Shown here piece after piece: positions 41,255-51,778 of a stretch of 64,000 nt of DNA. The translations under genes and the position numbers were made by a program. The number at the start of each line of letters is the position of its first letter. The stretch's first letter is position 1. The notes below the pieces were generated by a model. The model searched no databases, had not been told where the DNA came from, and saw only the letters and a program-made list of their open reading frames with translations. Source of the stretch: a virus; IMG/VR virus record IMGVR_UViG_3300022689_000474, positions 88,053 to 152,052 of that record; one strand, given 5' to 3'.

Positions 41255-43752
41255 AGAATATTACTAATAATATAACCACAATATCAATAGATGCAGAGTG
41301 GGTTAAAGATACCTTCTTAACAGTACAGATGGCATGTAGTGATGAAAAAGGTAGAATAGAAAAATATTATATATTCTGTGATAATGAAGAATATTTAGTT
41401 CAGTGTCCTAAAGAATTCAAAGGAGTTAATGTAGAGAAAGTATTTTATCCAATAGGATATATGGGTATATTAGATTACTTTGAATCATTGCCAAAACAAT
41501 TAGATTGTCTATTCTTTTATTCTCCTAGAGATATAGAAAGTTTCTTAGGACCTGAAGTATGGTCTTCTTTATTACTCGGAGGTAAAGTTGTTAAAAGGAG
41601 AAATCTTAATATCTCTCCATATTATCTAGAAGATAAAGAATGTACTTTAAGGTTTGTAGACTTATATGGGAGATTTAGTTGCTCCCTAGAAAAAGCTTAT
41701 AACCTAATGGGTATTGATACAAGTAGAGGTAAAGATTATATCTCTACACTTAATATAGATAAATCTAGAATGGATTTATTTATGAAAGAATATCCTTTGG
41801 AGTTCTTTGAATATTCTTTATCTGATTTAGGTCTACATGAATTAAGCATTAAATTATTAAATTTAATATCTGAATTATTAGATGAATGTTTCTCTATAGA
41901 AGATTTATATGAATCTATCAGAGATTATCCTGGTACTATAGGTAGATTGGTTTCTGATGTCTTCTTAAAGTTTATTAGTATACAATATCCTGATTTATTA
42001 CGGTCTTCTTGTCTTCTATCTATTACTCCTAATGATAGGAAAAGTAATAGACTTAATTCACTTATAAACTCTTTAATATCTGGTCAAGACCCATATCTTA
42101 TTTCTAAAAGAATAGAAAAATGTGGAGATGTTATTCATGGTTTGGGTATGTGCTCTATTCCTGCTTTCTTTAGCGGTCATTATGGTCTAAATGATACTAG
42201 TCCTTATGGAGCTATAGTTCAAGGAGGAAGGGCTATTAAGGAAGACTCTGAGAATACTATATATAAACATATATTAGATATAGACCTACAATCAGCATAT
42301 GGTACTTCTTTAAAGAAGTTTGATTATCCTATAGGTATTCCATCTATCTATAGTAATAGTAATCATTCATCTAAAAGGATTACATTGAAACAATTCTTAA
42401 ATCAATATAGTTCAGAATTAATAGATGGATTATATGTCATAGCGGTCTCAGGAAGACTTAAATATCATCAAGATCTTATCTTTTCTAAATACGGTCTTAG
42501 TTCACATAAGATAGGTTCTAAGATTTTGGGTAATTTATATGAAGAAGATGATGGTATTAATGGAAGATTAGGAGGTAAATTCTTACTTACATCTAAAGAG
42601 ATTAGATTGGGATTTATTACTTCTCATATGTTGGAGATAGTTAGAAATATGTCTTCTAATCAAGAATATAGAGATTGGATGGATCTTAAAGTAGATGTGG
42701 CTATTTATTATCCAAAGAGTCATGAAATGTCTATAGATAAGTGGGCTGATTATCACTCAGATATTTCTAATATAGGTGAATTAACTCCTCATAATGATAA
42801 TAGATCTAGATATTGGTGTAGATTTCCACTTAATAAATTTATAGATAATATTATAGAAAAAAGATTATATTATAAAGCTAAAAGAAATGAATCTCCTATA
42901 TTTGATGCTAAACAATCTTTACTTAAATTATTTATTAATACCCTTTATGGAGATTTAGCTTCCCCTTACTTTCTCTTTGGAAATACAGTAGTTTCTAATA
43001 ATATTACTAGTTCAGTTAGAGCTGGCTCTTGGATAATGAGTAAAGCTTTAGGAACTAAATTAACTGTTACTGATGGAGGTACTTATACCCCTTATTCTGT
43101 CCCTTTCTTTAGGAATCATCTTAAAACTTTTAGAAGACCGTCTTTATCTAAATTATATAAAAAGAATTCTAGATGGCAGCTCTCTGTAGAGTACAAATCA
43201 TTAATAGATGAAAGTATAGAATCTATATTAAGAAAAGAAAATGCTCAAGAACTATTAGATAATTTAGCTCTTGAACATATAAATAGATTCTGTAGTTTAT
43301 ATAATATATCTTTTCCTTTTAAGGTAGAACATAAACTAGAGAATTCAGGATCCCTTATGGTTACTAATCCTTATGGGAAAGTAGATTATATTATATATAC
43401 CTATTATAATACAGAAGTTATTAAAATTAGGGGTGTAGAATCATATAATTATGATAATCATCCTAAAGTAGAGTTCTTAAGGGCTTTAGCCCAAAATAGA
43501 CCTACTAAATTCTCTGCCAATCAATTGATTCATATTGTAGGTATTAATGAATATATCAAAGGAGTATATAGAAAGATGCCAGGACATGAAGTTATGATTG
43601 AATATATTTATAAACCAAATAGTAATGGGGGGTCTATTTATGAAGATTATCTATCTTATCTAAAAGCAGAAGAAGCTCATAAGAAAAGAATTAAAAGATA
43701 TGAATCTAAATGGAAAGGTTTAGAACTTAATATTATACCTCCTTTTAATTAA
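41251..43752 (+). CDS. polB: Family B DNA polymerase, piPolB (pipolin)-like
   Basis: ExoI IDAEW, ExoIII YSLSD, QGGR, motif A DIDLQSAYG, motif B KLFINTLYG, NNITSSVRA, atypical motif C TVTDG, and KIRG. Confidence 0.8.
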   Translation: MKNITNNITTISIDAEWVKDTFLTVQMACSDEKGRIEKYYIFCDNEEYLVQCPKEFKGVNVEKVFYPIGYMGILDYFESLPKQLDCLFFYSPRDIESFLGPEVWSSLLLGGKVVKRRNLNISPYYLEDKECTLRFVDLYGRFSCSLEKAYNLMGIDTSRGKDYISTLNIDKSRMDLFMKEYPLEFFEYSLSDLGLHELSIKLLNLISELLDECFSIEDLYESIRDYPGTIGRLVSDVFLKFISIQYPDLLRSSCLLSITPNDRKSNRLNSLINSLISGQDPYLISKRIEKCGDVIHGLGMCSIPAFFSGHYGLNDTSPYGAIVQGGRAIKEDSENTIYKHILDIDLQSAYGTSLKKFDYPIGIPSIYSNSNHSSKRITLKQFLNQYSSELIDGLYVIAVSGRLKYHQDLIFSKYGLSSHKIGSKILGNLYEEDDGINGRLGGKFLLTSKEIRLGFITSHMLEIVRNMSSNQEYRDWMDLKVDVAIYYPKSHEMSIDKWADYHSDISNIGELTPHNDNRSRYWCRFPLNKFIDNIIEKRLYYKAKRNESPIFDAKQSLLKLFINTLYGDLASPYFLFGNTVVSNNITSSVRAGSWIMSKALGTKLTVTDGGTYTPYSVPFFRNHLKTFRRPSLSKLYKKNSRWQLSVEYKSLIDESIESILRKENAQELLDNLALEHINRFCSLYNISFPFKVEHKLENSGSLMVTNPYGKVDYIIYTYYNTEVIKIRGVESYNYDNHPKVEFLRALAQNRPTKFSANQLIHIVGINEYIKGVYRKMPGHEVMIEYIYKPNSNGGSIYEDYLSYLKAEEAHKKRIKRYESKWKGLELNIIPPFN

Positions 43753-45236
43753 CCTCTACTTAAGAACTCTTCTTTACTATATATATCTGGATATTCAATT
43801 ATATTATCTAAATGTTTAAATAGATTTATATTCTTTATAGCTGATTTAGATAAATAATAACTAAACATCCTATAACTGATATGTCCACCTACTTTACCTC
43901 TTAGACTTATTAGATATAAAAGTCTATTTATATCTAAAGATATATAATAATTAGTTCTATAGGCTTTAGGTAATAAATATTTAATTTTATTTATATCAAT
44001 ATTTTCCCTTTTAGTATATTCTTCTAATAACTCAAAACCTTTTCTAAAAGCTTCAATATACTTTTCTCTTAAAGAACTTAATTCTTCTATTTCTAAATAT
44101 TGAGGTAATGAATATAAATGTTCGTATGTAGGATATATTTTATCTATATTAATTTCACTTAATTCACTACTTAAGAAAGGTATAAATAAACATCCTCTAT
44201 GTCTATTAATATCTGTAAGAGTACCTAAATCACTCTTACCTTTAAATATATAATTACCTATACATCTGAATTCATTATTTAATTCATTATGATGATTACC
44301 ATTTTTTATTATCCAATTACCTATCTCTTCTATTAAATTATTATTACTACTTTCTAGTTCTAATCTCTTTATATCAGGATAATATATACTAATCACTCTC
44401 TCTATATCTACTAGATCTCTATTTAATAGTTCTATTTCCCAATCTTCTATTAAAGGATCTATAGTATATAAATCTTTATATCTTTCTATTATCTCTTTTA
44501 GTTCTATATAGATATCATTACTTGGTTCTGTATGTTTTATTAAATTCTTTCCTTCTGATTCCTTTTCTTTACTTAAAATTCTTTCTAACTCTTCTCCAAT
44601 TAAATTAAATTCTTGTTCTTTATGACTCTTTAGATATTTTATTAATTTACTCCATTCTTTACCTGACTGTATTATTCCTCCTTGTGTTAAGGTTCCCATT
44701 GGAATAAAATATCTAATACAGTCTAAAGTCCTTAATTCACAAGATTTTAATTCTAATTTGTTATTACTTATATTAAATAATTCTTTGAATGAATTAAAAG
44801 TCTCTCCTTTTAGAAGATTATAAGAATCTATCCAATGACTATAAATCTCTTCTGCTTTATTATCTATATATATATGATTTAATTTCTCTTTATTATCTTT
44901 TAGGTTTATCTGTTTATCTAAATCTATATATCTTGTAGATCTTTCTTGTCCTCCTTGTAATGGACATCTATTAAATATATCTAATAATGCTAATAATGAT
45001 ACACCTTCCATACAACATGTCATATATCCCATATTCATTATGGAAGAATGACCATAATTATTTATAATTCTTTTTACTAATTCACCATTATTTTCTTTAC
45101 TAAACTTTAATACTAAATCTTCTAATGAAGTATTACTCCTTGAATATCTAGCTAATATACCTGTTATATCTTCTGGAGAACTATCAATTAGATGTAATAA
45201 TTTTAAGTCTTCTACATTACTCTTTATATATTTCAT
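43749..45236 (-). CDS. thyX: FAD-dependent thymidylate synthase, long two-domain type
   Basis: ARYSRS, YGHSSI, QERSTRY and IRYFIP.GT in the N-terminal half; DINRHR, KYLLP, LR...GGHISYR in the C-terminal half. Confidence 0.85.
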   Translation of the reverse strand: MKYIKSNVEDLKLLHLIDSSPEDITGILARYSRSNTSLEDLVLKFSKENNGELVKRIINNYGHSSIMNMGYMTCCMEGVSLLALLDIFNRCPLQGGQERSTRYIDLDKQINLKDNKEKLNHIYIDNKAEEIYSHWIDSYNLLKGETFNSFKELFNISNNKLELKSCELRTLDCIRYFIPMGTLTQGGIIQSGKEWSKLIKYLKSHKEQEFNLIGEELERILSKEKESEGKNLIKHTEPSNDIYIELKEIIERYKDLYTIDPLIEDWEIELLNRDLVDIERVISIYYPDIKRLELESSNNNLIEEIGNWIIKNGNHHNELNNEFRCIGNYIFKGKSDLGTLTDINRHRGCLFIPFLSSELSEINIDKIYPTYEHLYSLPQYLEIEELSSLREKYIEAFRKGFELLEEYTKRENIDINKIKYLLPKAYRTNYYISLDINRLLYLISLRGKVGGHISYRMFSYYLSKSAIKNINLFKHLDNIIEYPDIYSKEEFLSRG

Positions 45237-45248
45237 TTATTCTTTGAC

Positions 45249-45635
45249 TTATATTTCGTACTTTTCAATTATTCTATTTAATATCTTAGAACGAGTTTTT
45301 AATACCTTTAAAATCTCTTTATCTTTATCTAGATTAGATTCAATAAATCTTTTAAATTTACCAGTAAAACATAAAGAATAAATTTTATTTACACCGTTAA
45401 TTTTATTTGGATTTAATTCTATTAATTTAGATTGAATATCTATATCTTCTAATTTTGTATAAATACTATTAAAACTATATATTAATTCAAAACATTCTTT
45501 AATCTTTTTATTTTCTTTTTTTTCTCTTATTAGATTTTCTAAAAAAGAAGAAGTATCTTGATCACTAATTATTAAAGAATTCTTTAACACTACCTTTTCT
45601 AATTTACTTAAATCTTTAATATGAATCTCTACCAT
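45249..45635 (-). CDS. Hypothetical protein (128 aa)
   Basis: ORF tightly packed in the - strand operon. Confidence 0.55.
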   Translation of the reverse strand: MVEIHIKDLSKLEKVVLKNSLIISDQDTSSFLENLIREKKENKKIKECFELIYSFNSIYTKLEDIDIQSKLIELNPNKINGVNKIYSLCFTGKFKRFIESNLDKDKEILKVLKTRSKILNRIIEKYEI

Positions 45636-45639
45636 TCCA

Positions 45640-46224
45640 TTATCCTTTTTCTTCTAATACTTTCTTAATGTCTAAAGGTATATAATTTAATTTATACATA
45701 AATAATGAACTGTAAGAATGACATAGTTTTATAAGTATATTCTCTTTGAATACAAATTTAAAATATGGGTATAATCTTGGATATACATTCGTATCTATAA
45801 AGTTCAAAGGATTAAATATATTATCAAAAGTATTTATTACAAATATTTCATTTCTATAAAAAGATTTAGGAGTATATAATTGTCTTATTTCCTCTTCATA
45901 TTTACTTAATTCTTCTAATATATTAAAATTATATTGAAATGTAGAGAAAGTAAATCTTAATATTAAATTATCTTTAGAGTTATCTTTACTATTTAAGTTA
46001 TCTTTAATCATTTCTGAAAGACATACTAACATATTTTCTTGTTTTAGATTAACTTTAGGATAACGTTCTAAAGAACTACCACTATAATATTTATCTATAA
46101 GTTTTAAATATATTTTAGAAGGTCTTAAATAAATAGTATATCTAACATATTCATAATCATTTCTCCAGAAAGAAGTATAAATATAATTAAAGTTAAAGTC
46201 TTTATCTATTCCTTTATAAATCAT
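45640..46224 (-). CDS. Hypothetical protein (194 aa)
   Basis: Overlaps the primase stop. Confidence 0.55.
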   Translation of the reverse strand: MIYKGIDKDFNFNYIYTSFWRNDYEYVRYTIYLRPSKIYLKLIDKYYSGSSLERYPKVNLKQENMLVCLSEMIKDNLNSKDNSKDNLILRFTFSTFQYNFNILEELSKYEEEIRQLYTPKSFYRNEIFVINTFDNIFNPLNFIDTNVYPRLYPYFKFVFKENILIKLCHSYSSLFMYKLNYIPLDIKKVLEEKG

Positions 46225-47593
46225 CTGTAATTGCTTTAAGAATAAAATCCACCGGGTCTATATTCTTTTTATTCATATAATCTTTTATAAATATCTTTCC
46301 CTTTTCTTTAACTTCTGTAATATTTATACAAGATACTAATCTGATAAATGATTCTACATTTATATTATTATCTAAACTTATTTCTTTCCAATAATCTAAT
46401 AATTGTTTTTTATCTTTCTCTAAACTATTCTTTAAAGACTCTTTATCTAAAGTAAAATAATCATTTACATCTTTAACTCTTTTGTTATTTATATATTCTG
46501 GAGGATACCAAATACTTATATATATATTAGGTAAAGATATTTGTAAATCATATACTTGATTATTTAATCTTGACCAACTTTTAAATTGACCAGGATATAA
46601 TATATGATCTTCTTCAAATTTATCATTATCACCTATTATTACAATACTTTTAAATTTATTTAATTTATGAACTTGGTTCTTTAGACTATTAATACCAAAC
46701 ATACTAACTGCTGGATATCCCATTTCTAATAAAGATAAAGCATCAAATACTCCTTCTGTAATATAGACTATAGAGTTATATCTTACAGAATACATATTTA
46801 GTTTATCTTCTCCAAATAAAGATTGAGATATAGATGGTAAATTTTTATAATTCTTAGTAGATTTATATCTTAAACGTAAAGGTTCACCATTACTATCTTC
46901 TGGAATATCTTTTATATATCTACCTTGAAGATGTAATAAATTACCATAATAGTCTCTTATAGGTATAATTATAGAATCTTGATAATACTCTTTACCTCTA
47001 TTACCCATAAGCCCTTGTTCTGATAATTCTTTTATATCAATACCTTTATACCTTAATATAGAAAAGTTTGGAGCAAATCCTAATTCCATCCTCTGTATTG
47101 TTATTTTATTTAATCCTCTATTATATAAATAATTTAATGCCTCTTTTCCAGATGTATCATTCCATAAACAATCTTTATATATACTTAATACTTTCTCTAA
47201 AAACTTATTCCTTATATAGTATTGATCTTCTATATCTATAATGTATCCTTTCTTTTCGAATACTAAAGAATTTAATTCATTTATAGCTTGTATGAAAGTT
47301 TTACTTTCTCTCAATCTATAAATAGCTATTATATCTAAGAATTTATCTCCATTAACTTTAGAAGGACATTTACTAGAGAAACATCTTACATTTTTCCCCC
47401 CATTTATAATATGTAATTTATTCTTTTTATTACAGAAAGGACAGTCAGTATATGTTTTTCCTTTATGAACATTTGGATATATATCCCAAATTGATAAAAT
47501 ATTATTAATTAGGTTAATCTGAGCAGATAGTTTAGATCTTTGATCAATAGAGTTAATATTTAGTAAGTCTATCTTACTCATATCTATATCCAT
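46214..47593 (-). CDS. dnaG: DnaG-type DNA primase
   Basis: Zn-binding CPFC...CFSSKC, YLYNRGL, LGFAP, IIPIRD..GR, and TOPRIM motifs ITEGVFDALS, GDND and KDVND. Confidence 0.92.
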   Translation of the reverse strand: MDIDMSKIDLLNINSIDQRSKLSAQINLINNILSIWDIYPNVHKGKTYTDCPFCNKKNKLHIINGGKNVRCFSSKCPSKVNGDKFLDIIAIYRLRESKTFIQAINELNSLVFEKKGYIIDIEDQYYIRNKFLEKVLSIYKDCLWNDTSGKEALNYLYNRGLNKITIQRMELGFAPNFSILRYKGIDIKELSEQGLMGNRGKEYYQDSIIIPIRDYYGNLLHLQGRYIKDIPEDSNGEPLRLRYKSTKNYKNLPSISQSLFGEDKLNMYSVRYNSIVYITEGVFDALSLLEMGYPAVSMFGINSLKNQVHKLNKFKSIVIIGDNDKFEEDHILYPGQFKSWSRLNNQVYDLQISLPNIYISIWYPPEYINNKRVKDVNDYFTLDKESLKNSLEKDKKQLLDYWKEISLDNNINVESFIRLVSCINITEVKEKGKIFIKDYMNKKNIDPVDFILKAITDDL

Positions 47594-48777
47594 AATAGAT
47601 ACCTATTATCTAAGTAGTTTGCTTGTATGAATTCTTTAGGAGTACCTACTATCCTAACATTCTTATAATCTTTTACTCTTGAGATAATTACGTATAGACC
47701 TCCTGATAATCTTCTTAAAAAAGAATCCCCTTTAACTTTAAATTGGATACCTCCTTCTATACTAGTACCTTGTATCGAATGTACTGTACTTGCATAAGCT
47801 AATCTAATAGGTATAAATGAAATATATCCTTCTGATTTTTCTGTTAATATATCTTTATTATCTATTCTGTAATAATCAATATCTACTATCTTATTTGAAC
47901 TTAATATTTCTACTTCTACTGATCTTGGTTTCATTCTCTTAACTATACCTAAAGACCCATTTGCATATCCTTCTTTAATATTATTTACTAATGTTATTAT
48001 TAGTGCACCTTCCTTTAAAGTTAATACTTTCTGTATCCTACCACCTATAAGATCTAAAGGTGGTTTCATTCCTCCATATCTAATTTCATAATCTTTACTG
48101 AAACTATCTATTTCTAATAATTTCTTTTTATTAAAATCATTTACATCTTTATTTTTAGTAAATATAGTAGTACCTTTAAAGTTATTATCTATCTCATCTT
48201 TAAAACCTATATTATCTCCTATCCAATCAATTACTTCATCCGCCCTTCCTTTTCTTATACTCTGTAATGTTTTTATAAATTCTTTATCTGTTTGTCTTTT
48301 TACTTTCTTAAGTTTTGCTATTTTAAACTTATGCCAATACATAGATTCAAATGCAGGTTTTGTCTTTACTTTACCTTTAGTTACATGAGGTAATTGAGCA
48401 AAGTCTCCAGTTAATATTAATCCTAAATATGGATTTCTACCATCTAAATTAAAATTACTTAGAGCTAGATATAAATAATTTATTGTTAGGGCAGATGCCA
48501 TTGATATCTCATCTATTATTATATTTTGGTATCTTTGAGATATTACTCTTAATCTTCTATATATTGTTTTATTATTTACTTTCTTTGCCAATTGTATATC
48601 ATTACTATATCCTAATAAACTATTAATAGTTGTCCCTTCACTACCTATTAAAGCGGCCCTTCCGGTAGTAGCAGTCTTTATACCAAAATTACTATTCTCT
48701 TCTAATTTTCTATTGATTAATGTAGTTTTACCAGAACCAGAAGGACCAAGAATTATTTTATATAGTATTCTAGTCAT
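47584..48777 (-). CDS. PIF1/RecD-like SF1B helicase
   Basis: GPSGSGKT, ATTGRAA, IIDEISM, GDFAQLP, RQ, NGSLG, PIRLAYASTVHSIQG and YVIISR motifs. Confidence 0.92.
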   Translation of the reverse strand: MTRILYKIILGPSGSGKTTLINRKLEENSNFGIKTATTGRAALIGSEGTTINSLLGYSNDIQLAKKVNNKTIYRRLRVISQRYQNIIIDEISMASALTINYLYLALSNFNLDGRNPYLGLILTGDFAQLPHVTKGKVKTKPAFESMYWHKFKIAKLKKVKRQTDKEFIKTLQSIRKGRADEVIDWIGDNIGFKDEIDNNFKGTTIFTKNKDVNDFNKKKLLEIDSFSKDYEIRYGGMKPPLDLIGGRIQKVLTLKEGALIITLVNNIKEGYANGSLGIVKRMKPRSVEVEILSSNKIVDIDYYRIDNKDILTEKSEGYISFIPIRLAYASTVHSIQGTSIEGGIQFKVKGDSFLRRLSGGLYVIISRVKDYKNVRIVGTPKEFIQANYLDNRYLLWI

Positions 48778-48813
48778 ATTGATATAAATTAATTTAGGAG
48801 TTAGGTAATATAT

Positions 48814-50424
48814 TTAAGAATACTTATTTATCAATATTTCTTTATGATAATCAATAGGTATTAAAGTACTTTCTGAGACATTATATGTACTCTTATAGGT
48901 TTCTATTCTTTTAGAAGATTGATTCTCATAAAATATAGTATTATCTTTAAAATCTATAATAATGGTCTTCTTATCTTCTTTATATCTTAATACCCTACCT
49001 AATACTTGAAGTAAATGATTTGGTTTATAACTGACATGAGCTAATACTAAATAAGATAGATATGGTATATCAATACCAGTACCAAATAGTTTAGAAGTTA
49101 CAAATACACAGTCTATATTACCTTCCTTTATATCTTTTAATATTCTCTCTTTTTCTGCTTTACTTTTACTACTACTTAATATTCGATATTCTTTAGTATT
49201 ATCTAATTCTTTTAATATATCTAATAATTTAGAAGCATGAGATTCTTTACCATTTATAGTCTTTACTACTACTAATACAGGTGCTTGTGAATCTCTTTTA
49301 TTTATAACATCTAAAGTTATATTACATAACATTCTATTCCTATTAAAATTATGAGTTATTACTTCTCTATCTAAAGTTTGATATATATAATGCTTTTTCC
49401 TACTATCAAGATTATCTCGGCATCTAGTTAATTCATTATAAAGTTTATTAGCATGATTACTTAGTTTTACTGGAGGTACCTCATATATCCTAAATGTTGG
49501 ATCACATATATAATTCTTTTCTATAAATTCTTCTTCACTCCTATTAAATTTTATTCGACCAGTTTGAGCATATACCATAATATTCTTACTATTTGAATTA
49601 GGAGTGGCACTAAGACCTATAGAATAATCTTTATTAACACAAAGAGAAGATATTAAATATCCATCATTTCTTGGAAGGACATCTTGAGGTTCATCTACTA
49701 TCAATATCTTTATACTTTTTAGAAAGTTTAATATTTTATCAATATGTCTTCCTTCCTTTAACTTGTAATAAAAAGAATTAGCTAAAGCTATAGTTCCTCT
49801 TCGATTTATATCGAAATGACCGTCTCCAACTAAACCTATTTCTTTCTTATCTATACTCTCTTTCATCCTATCATATGTTTGATTTAATAGAAGTCTAGTA
49901 TTTACTAAATATAAAAACCTAGACTTCTTATCTAATCTTAATAATTCCATAGCTATATGAGTTTTACCTCCTCCAGTAGGTATCTTAACAGTAAGAAATC
50001 TTTCTTTTAATATTGTATCTATAGCTTCTAATTGATATGGTCTTAATCTAATATCCGAATTAGTCTCTCTAGAATTCTTTATTTTTAGTTTTGGTTCTAA
50101 AGTTTTTATAGATAATTCAATATTCAGATCATTATTTAACTCTTTATAATTTTTTATTACTTTTATAATTTCTTCTTTAAACCCTATAGGAAATATTAAA
50201 GTATTTTCATTACTACTTAATAAATAATAATTACCTTTTATATTAGTAACATTTGGACGTATAACTTTTTCTTTAAATTGAGTATCATATAGTTCTTTAT
50301 CTATATCTAAATGTACTATTTGTAATAATTGAGTTAATAATTCTCTAGTAAATGGATTTATATAAACTTTTATACTACTTTGATTTAATTGTTCTAAAAT
50401 GATCTTCATTCTTTTTTCCTCCAT
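48814..50424 (-). CDS. SF2 helicase (UvsW/XPB-like)
   Basis: LRPYQ, PTGGGKT, IVDEPQ, GLSATP, GIDIP and QVLGRVLR motifs. Confidence 0.88.
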   Translation of the reverse strand: MEEKRMKIILEQLNQSSIKVYINPFTRELLTQLLQIVHLDIDKELYDTQFKEKVIRPNVTNIKGNYYLLSSNENTLIFPIGFKEEIIKVIKNYKELNNDLNIELSIKTLEPKLKIKNSRETNSDIRLRPYQLEAIDTILKERFLTVKIPTGGGKTHIAMELLRLDKKSRFLYLVNTRLLLNQTYDRMKESIDKKEIGLVGDGHFDINRRGTIALANSFYYKLKEGRHIDKILNFLKSIKILIVDEPQDVLPRNDGYLISSLCVNKDYSIGLSATPNSNSKNIMVYAQTGRIKFNRSEEEFIEKNYICDPTFRIYEVPPVKLSNHANKLYNELTRCRDNLDSRKKHYIYQTLDREVITHNFNRNRMLCNITLDVINKRDSQAPVLVVVKTINGKESHASKLLDILKELDNTKEYRILSSSKSKAEKERILKDIKEGNIDCVFVTSKLFGTGIDIPYLSYLVLAHVSYKPNHLLQVLGRVLRYKEDKKTIIIDFKDNTIFYENQSSKRIETYKSTYNVSESTLIPIDYHKEILINKYS

Positions 50425-50429
50425 TTAAA

Positions 50430-50461
50430 ATTATCCCGAGTTATAATAAACTCGGGATAAT
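50430..50461 (-). terminator. Stem-loop after the SSB-like gene
   Basis: Perfect 13-bp inverted repeat ATTATCCCGAGTT / AACTCGGGATAAT. Confidence 0.65.
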
Positions 50462-50469
50462 AAATATAT

Positions 50470-51729
50470 TTATAGAATTAAATCATCATTTTCAGAGTCA
50501 AGAAAAGAAGATAATTTACTTTCATCTTCATCTTCTCCTACTTCAATGATTTCTTCTTTCATTCCACTTTCTTCTGTTTCTCCTTTAAATCCAGAAAGTA
50601 ATTCTGGTGGAATGGGTTTTACTAAATCTTGTAATCTAGGTGATTCTTCTTCCCAAAAGTTCCTTAAAGCTATCTCTTCTTGAGGATCATTCTCTTCATT
50701 ATATTTACCTTCTATATGGATTTGTGGGAAGGTCTTTTCTTTTATTTTGCTTATAACTACTGGTACAGAAGACATAGAACTTTCTTTTCGTTCTTCTAAC
50801 TCTTTAGCAAAAGGGTATGAACCTATTATTTTAGGTACTCTTTTACCTGTTTTATCTATACCATATAGACCTCTGATACTAGAAGGACTTAAAATAATAT
50901 GAAGAATTACTCCTCGAATCTTTTTCTTTTTACCAGTACTATCTGTATATTCTATCTCTTCACCTATAGGATTACCATCTGAGTCTACAAAAGAACTTAA
51001 TGGTTTCATCTTTATAGTTCTAGAGTTTACTCCTATATCTGTTACTACCATATAGATACTACCTTTTAATTTACATGTTTTCTCTTCTCCTTTAACTTCA
51101 GCTTTAGCATGACCATTAGAAATACAAACTTTACAAGGTTCTCCTCTTGATCCTATATAATCATGCAAACGGTTATCTGGTGCATCAAATGTACGAGGTT
51201 CTACCGCTTTTTTATAATCAAATAATGTAGGACATGGAACACCTGGTATATAGCTATATGGTTTATCTTCCCCATCTCCTTTTGTAGGTAAAAATGAACC
51301 TATAGTACTACATATACGATTATAAGAATTTGTACTTGCATCCCATGTAGAGAACTCGGGATATGTAGGCATTGAAATTATACGACCTCTAACAGAAGCA
51401 ATTGTATTTAAACTATATTCTTCGTCTCCTCCTTCATTTATAACTTTAGTAAATAGTTCTACTTCTTTCTTAACTCTCTTAGTTCGTTCACTTCCTTCAA
51501 TTGTTTCTTTAGTTTGTATATATTCATATAAACTAAAAAATACATCTGTTGAACCACTCGTATTTAATAACCAATTCGGTTTCTTTTTACCTTCATGTAG
51601 AAATAAAGCTACTCTTGGTAAGTTATTTGGTTCTTCACTTTCTGTTCCTTGAAGATATTGTGGGGCACTGATAGCTTCTAAATCTATCTGAATCTCTTCA
51701 TTTCCATTGGGCTTTACTAAGTCTGACAT
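50470..51729 (-). CDS. Putative ssDNA-binding or annealing protein
   Basis: Lies in the replication cluster, has a Cys cluster (PCKVC...KTCK) and a strongly acidic C-terminal tail (EDEDESKLSSFLDSENDDLIL), as phage SSBs do. Confidence 0.45.
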   Translation of the reverse strand: MSDLVKPNGNEEIQIDLEAISAPQYLQGTESEEPNNLPRVALFLHEGKKKPNWLLNTSGSTDVFFSLYEYIQTKETIEGSERTKRVKKEVELFTKVINEGGDEEYSLNTIASVRGRIISMPTYPEFSTWDASTNSYNRICSTIGSFLPTKGDGEDKPYSYIPGVPCPTLFDYKKAVEPRTFDAPDNRLHDYIGSRGEPCKVCISNGHAKAEVKGEEKTCKLKGSIYMVVTDIGVNSRTIKMKPLSSFVDSDGNPIGEEIEYTDSTGKKKKIRGVILHIILSPSSIRGLYGIDKTGKRVPKIIGSYPFAKELEERKESSMSSVPVVISKIKEKTFPQIHIEGKYNEENDPQEEIALRNFWEEESPRLQDLVKPIPPELLSGFKGETEESGMKEEIIEVGEDEDESKLSSFLDSENDDLIL

Positions 51730-51778
51730 TTTGTCCCTCTTTGTTATTTCTTATCTTGAACTTTATGATTAAAAGTAT

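Noticed and set aside
40391-43752. Classical integrated pipolin or IS element
   Set aside because: No recombinase, transposase, tRNA target or flanking att repeats were seen, and polB base composition resembles the rest of the phage.
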